A stretch of DNA of 64,000 bases from Eledone cirrhosa (Eukaryota), in the NCBI GenBank assembly GCA_964016885.1, contig OZ024751.1:5208001-5272000 (forward strand). The letters are read 5' to 3'. Positions within the stretch are counted from its first letter, which is position 1; the number at the start of each line of letters is the position of its first letter. The notes below the pieces were generated by a model. That model worked only from the letters and a program-made list of their open reading frames with translations, ran no database searches and was not told where the DNA came from. This document shows positions 39,559 to 54,682 of this stretch, one piece after another. The translations under genes and the position numbers were made by a program.

Positions 39559-42500
39559 GCAGTAGTGGCAGTGGTGTACAGTGGTAGTAATGGTAGAGGC
39601 AGTGGTGTGGTAGTAATGGTAGAGGCAGTGGTGTACAGTGGTAGTAATGGTAGAGGCAGTGGTGTACAGTGGTAGTAATGGTAGAGGCAGTGGTGTACAG
39701 TGGTAGTAATGGTAGAGCCAGTGGTGTACAGTGGTAGTAATGGTAGAGCCAGTGGTGTACAGTGGTAGTAATGGTAGGAGCAGTGGTGTACAGTGGTAGT
39801 AATGGTAGAGGCAGTGGTGTACAGTGGTAGTAATGGTAGAGGCAGTGGTGTACAGTGGTAGTAATGGTAGAGGCAGTGGTGTACAGTGGTAGTAATGGTA
39901 GAGGCAGTGGTGTACAGTGGTAGTAATGGTAAGGGCAGTGGTGTACAGTGGTAGTAATGGTAGGGGCAGTGGTGTACAGTGGTAGTAATGGTAGGGGCAG
40001 TGGTGTACAGTGGTAGTAATTGTAGAGGCAGTGGTGTACAGTGGTAGTAATGGTAGGGGCAGTGGTGTACGGTGGTAGTAATGGTAGGGGCAGTGGTGTA
40101 CGGTGGTAGTAATGGTAGGGGCAGTGGTGTACAGTGGTAGTAATGGTAGGGGCAGTGGTGTACAGTGGTAGTAATGGTAGGGGCAGTGGTGTACAGTGGT
40201 AGTAATGGTAGGGGCAGTGGTGTACAGTGGTAGTAATGGTAGAGGCATTGGTGTACAGTGGTAGTAATGGTAGAGGCAGTGGTGTACAGTGGTAGTAATG
40301 GTAGTGGCAGTGGTGTACAGTGGTAGTAATGGTAGAGGCAGTGGTGTACAGTGGTAGTAATGGTAGAGGCAGTGGTATACAGTGGTAGTAATAGTAGGGG
40401 CAGTGGTGTACAGTGGTAGTAATTGTAGAGGCAGTGGTGTACAGTGGTAGTAATGGTAGAGGCAGTGGTGTACAGTGGTAGTAATGGTAGTGGCAGTGGT
40501 GTACAGTGGTAGTAATGGTAGAGGCAGTGGTGTACAGTGGTAGTAATGGTAGAGGCAGTGGTATACAGTGGTAGTAATGGTAGAGGCAGTGGTGTACAGT
40601 GGTAGTAATGGTAGGGGCAGTGGTATACAGTGGTAGTAATGGTAGAGGCAGTGGTGTACAGTGGTAGTAATGGTAGGGGCAGTGGTGTACAGTGGTAGTA
40701 ATGGTAGGGGCAGTGGTGTACAGTGGTAGTAATTGTAGAGGCAGTGGTGTACAGTGGTAGTAATGGTAGAGGCACTGGTGTACAGTGGTAGTAATGGTAG
40801 AGGCACTGGTGTACAGTGGTAGTAATGGTAGAGGCAGTGGTGTACAGTGGTAGTAATGGTAGGGGCAGTGGTGTACAGTGGTAGTAATGGTAGTGGCAGT
40901 GGTGTACAGTGGTAGTAATGGTAGAGGCAGTGGTGTACAGAGGTAATAATGGTAGTGGCAGTGGTGTACAGTGGTAGTAATGGTAGAGGCAGTGGTGTAC
41001 AGTGGTAGTAATGGTAGGGGCAGTGGTGTACAGTGGTAGTAATGGTAGAGGCAGTGGTGTACAGTGGTAGTAATGGTAGAGGCAGTGGTGTACAGTGGTA
41101 GTAATGGTAGGGGCAGTGGTGTACAGTGGTAGTAATGGTAGTGGCAGTGGTGTACAGTGGTAGTAATGGTAGAGGCAGTGGTGTACAGTGGTAATAATGG
41201 TAGTGGCAGTGGTGTACAGTGGTAGTAATGGTAGGGGCAGTGGTGTACAGTGGTAGTAATGGTAGGGGCAGTGGTGTACAGTGGTAGTAATGGTAGGGGC
41301 AGTGGTGTACAGTGGTAGTAATGGTAGAGGCAGTGGTGTACAGTGGTAGTAATGGTAGGGGCAGTGGTGTACAGTGGTAGTAATGGTAGAGGCAGTGGTG
41401 TACAGTGGTAGTAATGGTAGAGGCAGTGGTGTACAGCGGTTGTAATGGTAGAGGCAGTGGTGTACAGCGGTTGTAATGGTAGGGGCAGTGGTGTACAATG
41501 GTAGTAATGGTAGAGGCAGTGGTGTACAGTGGTAGTAATGGTAGAGGCAGTGGTGTACAGTGGTAGTAATGGTAGAGGCAGTGGTGGACAGTGGTAGTAA
41601 TGGTAGGGGCAGTGGTGTACAGTGGTAGTAATGGTAGTGGCAGTGGTGTATGGTGGTAGTAATGGTAGGGGCAGTGGTGTACGGTGGTAGTAATGGTAGT
41701 GGCAGTGGTGTACAGTGGTAGTAATGGTAGGGGCAGTGGTGTACAGTGGTAGTAATGGTAGTGGCAGTGGTGTACAGTGGTAGTAATGGTAGGGGCAGTG
41801 GTGTACAGTGGTAGTAATTGTAGAGGCAGTGGTGTACAGTGGTAGTAATGGTAGAGGCACTGGTGTACAGTGGTAGTAATGGTAGAGGCACTGGTGTACA
41901 GTGGTAGTAATGGTAGAGGCAGTGGTGTACAGTGGTAGTAATGGTAGGGGCAGTGGTGTACAGTGGTAGTAATGGTAGTGGCAGTGGTGTACAGTGGTAG
42001 TAATGGTAGAGGCAGTGGTGTACAGTGGTAGTAATGGTAGGGGCAGTGGTGTACAGTGGTAGTAATGGTAGAGGCAGTGGTGTACAGTGGTAGTAATGGT
42101 AGAGGCAGTGGTGTACAGTGGTAGTAATGGTAGGGGCAGTGGTGTACAGTGGTAGTAATGGTAGGGGCAGTGGTGTACAGTGGTAGTAATGGTAGTGGCA
42201 GTGGTGTACAGTGGTAGTAATGGTAGGGGCAGTGGTGTACAGTGGTAGTAATGGTAGAGGCAGTGGTGTACAGTGGTAGTAATGGTAGGGGCAGTGGTGT
42301 ACAGTGGTAGTAATGGTAGAGGCAGTGGTGTACAGTGGTAGTAATGGTAGAGGCAGTGGTGTACAGCGGTTGTAATGGTAGGGGCAGTGGTGTACAATGG
42401 TAGTAATGGTAGAGGCAGTGGTGTACAGTGGTAGTAATGGTAGAGGCAGTGGTGTACAGTGGTAGTAATGGTAGAGGCAGTGGTGTACAGTGGTAGTAAT

Positions 42501-45500
42501 GGTAGGGGCAGTGGTGTACAGTGGTAGTAATGGTAGTGGCAGTGGTGTATGGTGGTAGTAATGGTAGGGGCAGTGGTGTACGGTGGTAGTAATGGTAGGG
42601 GCAGTGGTGTACAGTGGTAGTAATTGTAGAGGCAGTGGTGTACAGTGGTAGTAATGGTAGAGGCACTGGTGTACAGTGGTAGTAATGGTAGAGGCACTGG
42701 TGTACAGTGGTAGTAATGGTAGAGGCAGTGGTGTACAGTGGTAGTAATGGTAGGGGCAGTGGTGTACAGTGGTAGTAATGGTAGAGGCAGTGGTATACAG
42801 TGGTAGTAATGGTAGAGGCAGTGGTGTACATTGGTAGTAATGGTAGGGGCAGTGGTGTACAGTGGTAGTAATGGTAGAGGCAGTGGTGTACAGTGGTAGT
42901 AATGGTAGGGGCAGTGGTGTACAGTGGTAGTAATGGTAGGGGCAGTGGTGTACAGTGGTAGTAATTGTAGAAGCAGTGGTGTACAGTGGTAGTAATGGTA
43001 GAGGCAGTGGTGTACAGTGGTAGTAATGGTAGGGGCAGTGGTGTACAGTGGTAGTAATGGTAGAGGCAGTGGTGTACAGTGGTAGTAATGGTAGAGGCAG
43101 TGGTGTACAGTGGTAGTAATGGTAGGGGCAGTGGTGTACAGTGGTAGTAATGGTAGTGGCAGTGGTGTACAGTGGTAGTAATGGTAGAGGCAGTGGTGTA
43201 CAGTGGTAATAATGGTAGTGGCAGTGGTGTACAGTGGTAGTAATGGTAGGGGCAGTGGTGTACAGTGGTAGTAATGGTAGAGGCAGTGGTGTACAGTGGT
43301 AGTAATGGTAGGGGCAGTGGTGTACAGTGGTAGTAATGGTAGAGGCAGTGGTGTACAGTGGTAGTAATGGTAGGGGCAGTGGTGTACAGTGGTAGTAATG
43401 GTAGAGGCAGTGGTGTACAGTGGTAGTAATGGTAGAGGCAGTGGTGTACAGCGGTTGTAATTGTAGGGGCAGTGGTGTACAATGGTAGTAATGGTAGAGG
43501 CAGTGGTGTTCAGTGGTAGTAATGGTAGAGGCAGTGGTGTACAGTGGTAGTAATGGTAGAGGCAGTGGTGTACAGTGGTAGTAATGGTAGGGGCAGTGGT
43601 GTACAGTGGTAGTAATGGTAGTGGCAGTGGTGTATGGTGGTAGTAATGGTAGGGGCAGTGGTGTACGGTGGTAGTAATGGTAGTGGCAGTGGTGTACAGT
43701 GGTAGTAATGGTAGGGGCAGTGGTGTACAGTGGTAGTAATGGTAGAGGCAGTGGTGTACAGTGGTAGTAATGGTAGGGGTCAGTGGTGTACAGTGGTAGT
43801 AATGGTAGTGGCAGTGGTGTACAGTGGTAGTAATGGTAGAGGCAGTGGTGTACAGTGGTAGTAATGGTAGGGGCAGTGGTGTACAGTGGTAGTAATGGTA
43901 GAGGCAGTGGTGTACAGTGGTAGTAATGGTAGAGGCAGTGGTGTACAGTGGTAGTAATGGTAGGGGCAGTGGTGTACAGTGGTAGTAATGGTAGAGGCAG
44001 TGGTGTACAGTGGTAGTAATGGTAGTGGCAGTGGTGTACAGTGGTAGTAATGGTAGAGGCAGTGGTGTACAGTGGTAGTAATGGTAGAGGCAGTGGTGTA
44101 CAGTGGTAGTAATGGTAGGGGCAGTGGTGTACAGTGGTAGTAATGGTAGTGGCAGTGGTGTACAGTGGTAGTAATGGTAGAGGCAGTGGTGTACAGTGGT
44201 AATAATGGTAGTGGCAGTGGTGTACAGTGGTAGTAATGGTAGGGGCAGTGGTGTACAGTGGTAGTAATGGTAGGGGCAGTGGTGTACAGTGGTAGTAATG
44301 GTAGGGGCAGTGGTGTACAGTGGTAGTAATGGTAGAGGCAGTGGTGTACAGTGGTAGTAATGGTAGGGGCAGTGGTGTACAGTGGTAGTAATGGTAGAGG
44401 CAGTGGTGTACAGTGGTAGTAATGGTAGAGGCAGTGGTGTACAGCGGTTGTAATTGTAGGGGCAGTGGTGTACAATGGTAGTAATGGTAGAGGCAGTGGT
44501 GTACAGTGGTAGTAATGGTAGAGGCAGTGGTGTACAGTGGTAGTAATGGTAGAGGCAGTGGTGTACAGTGGTAGTAATGGTAGGGGCAGTGGTGTACAGT
44601 GGTAGTAATGGTAGTGGCAGTGGTGTATGGTGGTAGTAATGGTAGGGGCAGTGGTGTACGGTGGTAGTAATGGTAGTGGCAGTGGTGTACAGTGGTAGTA
44701 ATGGTAGGGGCAGTGGTGTACAGTGGTAGTAATGGTAGAGGCAGTGGTGTACAGTGGTAGTAATGGTAGGGGTCAGTGGTGTACAGTGGTAGTAATGGTA
44801 GTGGCAGTGGTGTACAGTGGTAGTAATGGTAGAGGCAGTGGTGTACAGTGGTAGTAATGGTAGGGGCAGTGGTGTACAGTGGTAGTAATGGTAGAGGCAG
44901 TGGTGTACAGTGGTAGTAATGGTAGAGGCAGTGGTGTACAGTGGTAGTAATGGTAGGGGCAGTGGTGTACAGTGGTAGTAATGGTAGAGGCAGTGGTGTA
45001 CAGTGGTAGTAATGGTAGTGGCAGTGGTGTACAGTGGTAGTAATGGTAGAGGCAGTGGTGTACAGTGGTAGTAATGGTAGGGGCAGTGGTGTACAGTGGT
45101 AGTAATGGTAGAGGCAGTGGTGTACAGTGGTAGTAATGGTAGAGGCAGTGGTGTACAGTGGTAGTAATGGTAGGGGTCAGTGGTGTACAGTGGTAGTAAT
45201 GGTAGTGGCAGTGGTGTACAGTGGTAGTAATGGTAGAGGCAGTGGTGTACAGTGGTAGTAATGGTAGGGGCAGTGGTGTACAGTGGTAGTAATGGTAGAG
45301 GCAGTGGTGTACAGTGGTAGTAATGGTAGAGGCAGTGGTGTACAGTGGTAGTAATGGTAGGGGCAGTGGTGTACAGTGGTAGTAATGGTAGAGGCAGTGG
45401 TGTACAGTGGTAGTAATGGTAGTGGCAGTGGTGTACAGTGGTAGTAATGGTAGAGGCAGTGGTGTACAGTGGTAGTAATGGTAGGGGCAGTGGTGTACAG

Positions 45501-48283
45501 TGGTAGTAATGGTAGAGGCAGTGGTGTACAGTGGTAGTAATGGTAGAGGCAGTGGTGTACAGTGGTAGTAATGGTAGGGGCAGTGGTGTACAGTGGTAGT
45601 AATGGTAGAGGCAGTGGTGTACAGTGGTAGTAATGGTAGAGGCAGTGGTGTACAGGTGGTAGTAATGGTAGGGGCAGTGGTGTACAGTGGTAGTAATGGT
45701 AGGGGCAGTGGTGTACAGTGGTAGTAATGGTAGAGGCAGTGGTGTACAGTGGTAGTAATGGTAGGAGGCAGTGGTGTACAGTGGTAGTAATGGTAGAGGC
45801 AGTGGTGTACAGTGGTAGTAATGGTAGAGGCAGTGGTGTACAGTGGTAGTAATGGTAGGGGCAGTGGTGTACAGTGGTAGTAATGGTAGGGGCAGTGGTG
45901 TACGGTGGTAGTAATGGTAGAGGCAGTGGTGTACAGTGGTAGTAATGGTAGAGGCAGTGGTGTACAGTGGTAGTAATGGTAGAGGCAGTGGTGTACAGTG
46001 GTAGTAATGGTAGGGGCAGTGGTGTACAGTGGTAGTAATGGTAGAGGCAGTGGTGTACAGTGGTAGTAATGGTAGAGGCAGTGGTGTACAGTGGTAGTAA
46101 TGGTAGGGGCAGTGGTGTACAGTGGTAGTAATGGTAGAGGCAGTGGTGTACAGTGGTAGTAATGGTAGGGGCAGTGGTGTACGGTTGGTAGTAATGGTAG
46201 GGGCAGTGGTGTACAGTGGTAGTAATGGTAGAGGCAGTGGTGTACAGTGGTAGTAATGGTAGGGGCAGTGGTGTACAGTGGTAGTAATGGTAGGGGCAGT
46301 GGTGTACAGTGGTAGTAATGGTAGAGGGCAGTGGTGTACAGTGGTAGTAATGGTAGAGGCAGTGGTGTACAGTGGTAGTAATGGTAGGGGCAGTGGTGTA
46401 CAGTGGTAGTAATGGTAGAGGCAGTGGTGTACAGTGGTAGTAATGGTAGGGGCAGTGGTGTACAGTGGTAGTAATGGTAGAGGCAGTGGTGTACAGTGGT
46501 TAGTAATGGTAGGGGCAGTGGTGTACTGGTGGTAGTAATGGTAGTGGCAGTGGTGTACAGTGGTAGTAATGGTAGAGGCAGTGGTGTACAGTGGTAGTAA
46601 TGGTAGAGGCAGTGGTGTACAGTGGTAGTAATGGTAGAGGCAGTGGTGTACGGTGGTAGTAATGGTAGAGCAGTGGTGTACTGGTGGTAGTAATGGTAGA
46701 GGCAGTGGTGTACGGTGGTAGTAATGGTAGGGGCAGTGGTGTACAGTGGTAGTAATGGTAGGGGCAGTGGTGTACAGTGGTAGTAATGGTAGGAGGCAGT
46801 GGTGTACAGTGGTAGTAATGGTAGGGCAGTGGTGTACAGTGGTAGTAATGGTAGGGCAGTGGTGTACAGTGGTAGTAATGGTAGAGGCAGTGGTGTACAG
46901 TGGTAGTAATGGTAGAGGCAGTGGTGTACAGTGGTAGTAATGGTAGAGGCAGGTGTAGGTGGTGTAAAGGTAGAGGCAGTGGTGTACAGTGGTAGTAATG
47001 GTAGGGCAGTGGTGAGTAGAATGGTAGAGGCAGTGGTGTACGGTGGTAGTAATGGTAGTGGCAGTGGTGAGGTAGTAATGGTAGAGGCAGTGGTGTACGG
47101 TGGTAGTAATGGTAGTGGCACAGTGGTAGTAATGGTAGAGGCAGTGGTGTACGGTGGTAGTAATGGTAGTGGCAGTGGTGTACAGTGGTAGTAATGGTAG
47201 GGGCAGTGGTGTACAGTGGTAGTAATGGTAGGGGCAGTGGTGTACAGTGGTAGTAATGGTAGAGGCAGTGGTGTACAGTGGTAGTAATGGTAGAGGCAGT
47301 GGTGTACAGTGGTAGTAATGGTAGGGGCAGTGGTGTACAGTGGTAGTAATGGTAGGGGCAGTGGTGTACGGTGGTAGTAATGGTAGAGGCAGTGGTGTAC
47401 AGTGGTAGTAATGGTAGAGGCAGTGGTGTACGGTGGTAGTAATGGTAGAGGCAGTGGTGTACAGTGGTAGTGGCAGTGGTGTATGGTGGTAGTAATGGTA
47501 GAGGCAGTGGTGTACAGCGGTAGTAATGGTAGAGGCAGTGGTGTACGGTGGTAGTAATGGTAGAGGCAGTGGTGTACAGTGGTAGTAATGGTAGAGGCAG
47601 TGGTGTACAGTGGTAGTAATGGTAGAGGCAGTGGTGTACAGTGGTAGTAATGGTAGAGGCAGTGGTGTACGGTGGTAGTAATGGTAGTGGCAGTGGTGTA
47701 CAGTGGTAGTAATTGTAGAGGCAGTGGTGTACAGTGGTAGTAATTGTAGAGGCAGTGGTGTACAGTGGTAGTAATGGTAGAGGCAGTGGTGTACAGTGGT
47801 AGTAATGGTAGAGGCAGTGGTGTACGGTGGTAGTAATGGTAGAGGCAGTGGTGAGGTAGTAATGGTAGAGGCAGTGGTGTACAGTGGTAGTAATGGTAGA
47901 GGCAGTGGTGTGGTAGTAATGGTAGAGGCAGTGGTGAGGTAGTAATGGTAGAGGCAGTGGTGTACGGTGGTAGTAATGGTAGTGGCAGTGGTGAGGTAGT
48001 AATGGTAGAGGCAGTGGTGAGGTAGTAATGGTAGAGGCAGTGGTGTACGGTGGTAGTAATGGTAGAGGCAGTGGTGAGGTAGTAATGGTAGAGGCAGTGG
48101 TGAGGTAGTAATGGTAGAGGCAGTGGTGTGGCAGTAATGGTAGAGGCAGTGGTGAGGTAGTAATGGTAGAGGCAGTGGTGAGGTAGTAATGGTAGAGGCA
48201 GTGGTGAGGTAGTAATGGTAGAGGCAGTGGTGTACAGTGGTAGTAATGGTAGTGGCAGTGGTGAGGTAGTAATGGTAGGGGCA
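39559..48283. repeat. 31-bp satellite array (GGCAGTGGTGTACAGTGGTAGTAATGGTAGR), ~280 units
   Basis: direct read; shorter 26-bp variants towards right edge. Confidence 0.98.
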
Positions 48284-48403
48284 GGAGTTTTTCTCTTGAG
48301 ATATTCACTCAGGATTCTGCTATGAGAATCTGTTATTGTATACATTCACTCAGTATTTAGAGAGCGATGGGCTTGCGGGGGGATTTTATGCACAATTAGC
48401 GGT

Positions 48404-49650
<1,247 letters not shown>

Positions 49651-50001
49651 ATCCACACACAATATCCCAATATCCATGTTTTAAAAGCAGGCTTTAATGC
49701 ATGGGGACATAACGCTCCACAGATCATATGAATCTATTGATACTTATCAGAGCACACATGCACACGAGCACACACACACACGCGCGCGAACACACTCACA
49801 CACACACTAACACATACACACACACGCACGCACATATACATAGAAAGTGAGAGAGATCTTGGGATTTTGTGGACACATACACACACATACATACATATTT
49901 ATACACCCACACATAAAATGATATAATCCGATCACACACCGTAATTAAAACCTTCATAGACCCAATATTTACCAGCAAACATTCACCGAAAGATACACTC
50001 C

Positions 50002-50173
50002 ATCAGAAGCCGAATCAAATACAAACAAATGTCGTTTGTGAAGCTTGAATTTTCGAATTTACAAAGCGCCGGAGGAAATAAATTCAAGTTCGGCGCTTAG
50101 TAAGTTCGAAAATTTGAGTTTCACATACAACGTTTGTTCATGTTTTCAAAAGCTGTTTGATTCAGCTCCTGAT
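50002..50173. repeat. Old imperfect palindrome (MITE-like)
   Basis: AATTTTCGAATTTACAAAGCGCCG / CGGCGCTTAGTAAGTTCGAAAATT; outer ATCAGAAGCCGAATCAAA / TTTGATTCAGCTCCTGAT. Confidence 0.6.
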
Positions 50174-50974
50174 TTTGACAGTAAGATGTTGTCAGAGGTC
50201 CCTTTAAATCAATAGTTAGAACACCTAGCCTGTATCTAGGAGATACGAATTTCGATTCTTCGTAGCGGCCACTGTTATCATTTTCCCGTCTCTAATGGTC
50301 TTTACCTGATTTTATAAGCTATTTCCTGGCAGCCGACTGTAATTGCAGTTATTTTCTGCGTTTGGTCTTCCTATATTTTCTTATCTTAGTTCAGGTTTAC
50401 TCAGGTTGTTCGAAGGGTAGTTAGCTGAATATTCCATGGATAAACGATATAATAGGGTTTATTTCTAGTATATATGTTTCATCGCCAGGTTACAATTGCT
50501 TCTTGTCTTGAAACACGGTGTTTTCAAAGTTCACCAGCTAACCATATTATTTTATGTATTTCAAATCGAGCTTTCACAACTGTCGATCGATTATTAATGA
50601 TATTGGTTTCAAGACAAGTATCGATTGTTAACCTGGTGGTTATATTTACGAAATCACACGACCACAAGATGCTTTGTGCATCTATGGCAATGTAACTATT
50701 TGCTACACAATACCTTACTCAATGACGAACTGAAATAAATTTAAGAAACGGAATATACTCACACAGATATACTAGTGTGGTGGAGATTAATCAATTGATG
50801 AAAAAAAATATACTGTAAGATGAGGTTACGAAAAATAAAAGAAGAAGAACAACAACAACAAAACAAAACAAAGATTACCAAGTGACCTTTACTTTTCGTT
50901 ACCTCATCTTACAGTCCATTTTGCATTGTCCAGCCTTCTACCTCTTTCAACATTATATATATATATATATATAT

Positions 50975-51314
50975 AGTATAAAAGAGAAAACACAGGTAAG
51001 CATTAAGAGAAGGATTTAATCCAGGTATTTACGACCGTTTCATTGAAAATTTGGACTGTGAACAACAATTATAATTGAGTGGCTGCTATTTGCAGTATAG
51101 CAATATAAGGTTGCACTTACCAATGAAACGGTCGTAAATACCTGGATTAAATCCTTCTCTTAATGCTTACCTGTGTTTTCTCTTTTATACTTTATACTCC
51201 AAGATTGAACGGAATTCTTACAAACTTGTGGAGTTACCCCTAACCGTACGTTGAAACCATCCATGAAACTGGCTTAACCAAAAACTGGATCACAATAAGC
51301 AATTTTTTGCTTCT

Positions 51315-51320
<6 letters not shown>
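50975..51320. mobile_element. Fold-back Penelope-type tail with 71-bp perfect arms
   Basis: arms 50975-51045 / 51121-51191; right arm starts CAATGAAACGGTC (hammerhead 3' half); (TA)n on both sides. Confidence 0.65.
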
Positions 51321-51369
<49 letters not shown>

Positions 51370-51372
<3 letters not shown>

Positions 51373-52360
51373 TAAAGGGTATATACATATAAACTAGACA
51401 ACACCATAGATATATATATGTTTTTGGCAACCATTCACGGTGTGGCTCAATGAAGAATTAATTAAATAATTAATAGTCAGAGCAATATATAAAAGCAAGT
51501 CCATAGAATCATTAGATAAAATATATACAGTATTTCTTCTCCAAATCAGCATAGATCAACCACACAAAAAATCATTTAATCGAGGCTATAAGTTTAAAAT
51601 ATACTTATGAAGAAACAATAGATTGGGAGAAGAAATACTGTATATATTTTATCTAATGATTCTATGGACTTATTTTTATATATTGCTCTGATTATTAATT
51701 ATTTAATTAATTCTTCATTGAGACACACCGTGAATGGTTGCCAAAGACATATATATATCTATGGCTTTGTCTAGTTTATATGTATATACCCTTTAAATGT
51801 TATATACTCCCGTAAAGTTGAGTAAAACTTTAGGCAGTATTCGGCTGCGCTTTGTAGCAACCAACCTACTCGCCAACAGGCACCAATCACAAACTTTCTG
51901 CCTTGACCACTAGCCACGTGATGATTCTTAGCAATTTTGAATTCGCTTCTGGCGGGGATCATATAAGAAAATCTTTGTCCAATTGAGTTATCTCCTGATG
52001 ATTTCCAAACCTCGTTGATTTATCCAAGATCGGATATATCCAAAAATGGAATGAAACCGCCGAGATATTTTGATGATTTTGGTAAGTTTCATCTACATTT
52101 TTTCTTCTATTTTTGATTTTGTACCTAATTATGTATGGTTAACTATATGTCTAGTCGATTTCTACAGGCTATTAGAAATAGTAGGTACATTTTTTGTAGC
52201 TATAAGTCGCGGATAAGAAGCTATATCATATATCTATTTTTCTTCATAAGTATATTTTAAACTTATAGCCTCGTTTAAATGATTTTTTGTGTGGTTGATC
52301 TAAGCTGATTGGGAGAAGAAATACTGTATATATTTTATCTATTCTATGGACTTACTTTAT
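51370..52360 (+). mobile_element. ~686-bp hammerhead repeat family member: inverted 5' arm + partial tandem
   Basis: 51370-51546 inverted vs 51621-51798; GATTGGGAGAAGAAATACTG at 51621 and 52307; homologous to 14318-15430. Confidence 0.8.
51989..52067 (+). ncRNA. Hammerhead ribozyme with mutated cleavage triplet
   Basis: TATCTC-CTGATGA-TTTCCA...TGGAAT-GAAA-CCGCC-GAGATA. Confidence 0.6.
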
Positions 52361-52382
52361 ATATATATATATATATATATAT

Positions 52383-52425
52383 GTAGTCTTGATAACAGCT
52401 AATAAGCCAAAAACGCGTCGATTAC
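52383..52425 (+). ncRNA. Decayed minimal hammerhead
   Basis: GTAGTC-TTGATAA-CAGCT AATA AGCC-AAAAA-CGCGTC^GATTAC; stems kept, core mutated. Confidence 0.45.
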
Positions 52426-52980
52426 TCCCCCCTGTTTTGCTGACCATGATCACAAGCTTAAAAATTCATAGCGAAAGACCTTCAAATGTTTTTCACAAAC
52501 ATATATTATGCAATATACAATGCATACATTTATATAATTGTTTGTTCTAATGATGTTTGAGACGTGATTCCTTTAATTTTTGATTCACAACACAAACTTC
52601 CAACCAGTTTTCTTTCAGCTTTGTATTTATTTCTTCTACTTTCATTTTCTATTTTATTCCTCTATCTTTATTTATTACTCCTACTCCTAAAGATTGCCTT
52701 ACAGCGAACCATGGGTAGATTTTCTAAGTTTTGACTAATTGTTTTAAAATATTCTTCATTTTCTCCTCCGTTTCAAAACTTTGCCATTATTCTTCTTCCT
52801 GTCTTTTGATTTCCATTCAATGGATTTATAAGCAAGTCACATTTATGTTTATCGCTGTTCTTTTCATTGTATTTCATATCCGTATATGTTTGGCATTATG
52901 CTTCATCTTCAGCAACTCTTGCTAGTGGTGTCTCTATCTCACTTCCTCTATATATGTATAAATTCATACACATATATCAT

Positions 52981-53066
<86 letters not shown>

Positions 53067-53347
53067 ATATATATATATATATATACGTATGCATGTATGT
53101 ATGTATGTATGTATGTATACATATATATGTATGTATGTGTATATATATTTATATGCATATATGTATGTATGTGTATATATATATATATATACATATATAC
53201 ACATACACACACATACTCACATACACACATACACACACACGTGCACACACACACATACACATACACACATATACACATACACACTGTCACTGTGCTTTAC
53301 AAACTAATACATTTTCATCTTCCTTTTGTAAATATAACCTCCCATTT

Positions 53348-53888
53348 TACAGTATTGTACAGTATTGTGCAATATTGTACAATATTGTACAGTATTGTAC
53401 AATATTGTACAATATTGTACAGTATTGTACAGTATTGTACAGTATTGTACAGTATTGTACAGTATTGTACAGTATTGTACAGTATTGTACAATATTGTAC
53501 AGTGTTGTACAGTATTGTACAGTATTGTACAATATTGTACAGTATTGTACAGTATTGTACAGTATTGTACAGTATTGTACAGTATTGTACATTATTGTAC
53601 AGTATTGTACAGTATTGTAAAGTATTGTACAATATTGTACAGTATTGTACAGTATTGTACAGTATTGTACAGCATTGTACAATATTGTACAGTATTGTAC
53701 AGTATTGTACAGTATTGTACAATATTCTACAGTATTGTACAATATTGTACAATATTCTACAGTATTGTACAGTATTGTACAATATTGTACAGTATTGTAC
53801 AGTATTGTACAATATTGTACAGTATTGGACAGTATTGTACAGTATTGTACAGTATTGTACAGTATTGTACAATATTGTACAATATTGT
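53348..53888. repeat. 10-bp satellite (AGTATTGTAC/AATATTGTAC), ~54 units
   Basis: direct read. Confidence 0.97.
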
Positions 53889-54019
53889 TTTGTCTTACAA
53901 ATTGCTACCTTTTATACCCGGCAATAATTTATGAGATAGTGAAAATATGATCTTACACAGCCTGAAGAAGGTCACCCCAGCATGTAAACAGCTGAAGCCA
54001 TTCATATAGTCATTTCTAG

Positions 54020-54189
54020 TGGTTTGTTGGCTATTGTTGGTGGTGGTGGTGCTGGGGGTGTTTGTGTTGATTTTGTTGTTGGTGGTGGCGGTGGTGTTGC
54101 TGGTGTTGCAGTTATTGTTGGTGGTGGTGGCGGTGTTGTTGCTGTTTTCACTATCACCGCCGCCGTCGTCGTCATCATCGTCATCATCG

Positions 54190-54253
<64 letters not shown>

Positions 54254-54272
54254 TACAATCATCATCATCATC
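54020..54272. repeat. (GGT/GTT)n and (ATC)n trinucleotide tracts
   Basis: direct read. Confidence 0.9.
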
Positions 54273-54336
54273 AAACCATCCACCCCATGCATTTCCGCTT
54301 CCTCTCCTCCTGTTCCTCATTATTTGTGCAGCACAG

Positions 54337-54410
54337 GGCGGTGGATTGGCAGTATCGGTAGAGGGTCGGACGACATGCTTTCTAGCATAGAGTTACGGCC
54401 CTTGCCAGGA
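54337..54410 (+). mobile_element. OK-like SINE head fragment
   Basis: GGCGGTGGATTGGCAGTATCGGTAGAGGG. Confidence 0.8.
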
Positions 54411-54497
54411 TATTAGTCAGTTTCTACGATGATCACTCCAACATATCGAAGTGACACGTATGAAGTGAACATAATTCTCAGGGAGAATCAACAACTA

Positions 54498-54682
54498 ATA
54501 ATTGTTTCTACTTTTGGCACAAGGCCAGCAATTAACTCAGTACATTACTGGTACTTTATTTTATCGACCCCCGTAAGGAGGAAAGGTAAAGTTAAGCTCG
54601 GCGGGATTTGAACTCAGATAATAAAGGGCCGTTACTCTATGCTGCAAAGCATGGCGCCCGTCCTTCTACCGATACTGCCAAA
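54498..54682 (-). mobile_element. OK-like SINE
   Basis: near full-length reverse complement. Confidence 0.88.

Noticed and set aside
39559-48283. CRISPR-like or telomeric array
   Set aside because: No unique spacers or cas genes; unit is not TTAGGG-like
39303-48345. Minus-strand ORFs of 600-1347 aa (Pro/Thr/His/Tyr/Cys-rich)
   Set aside because: Artefact of a stop-free 31-bp unit cycling through all three frames; no unique domains
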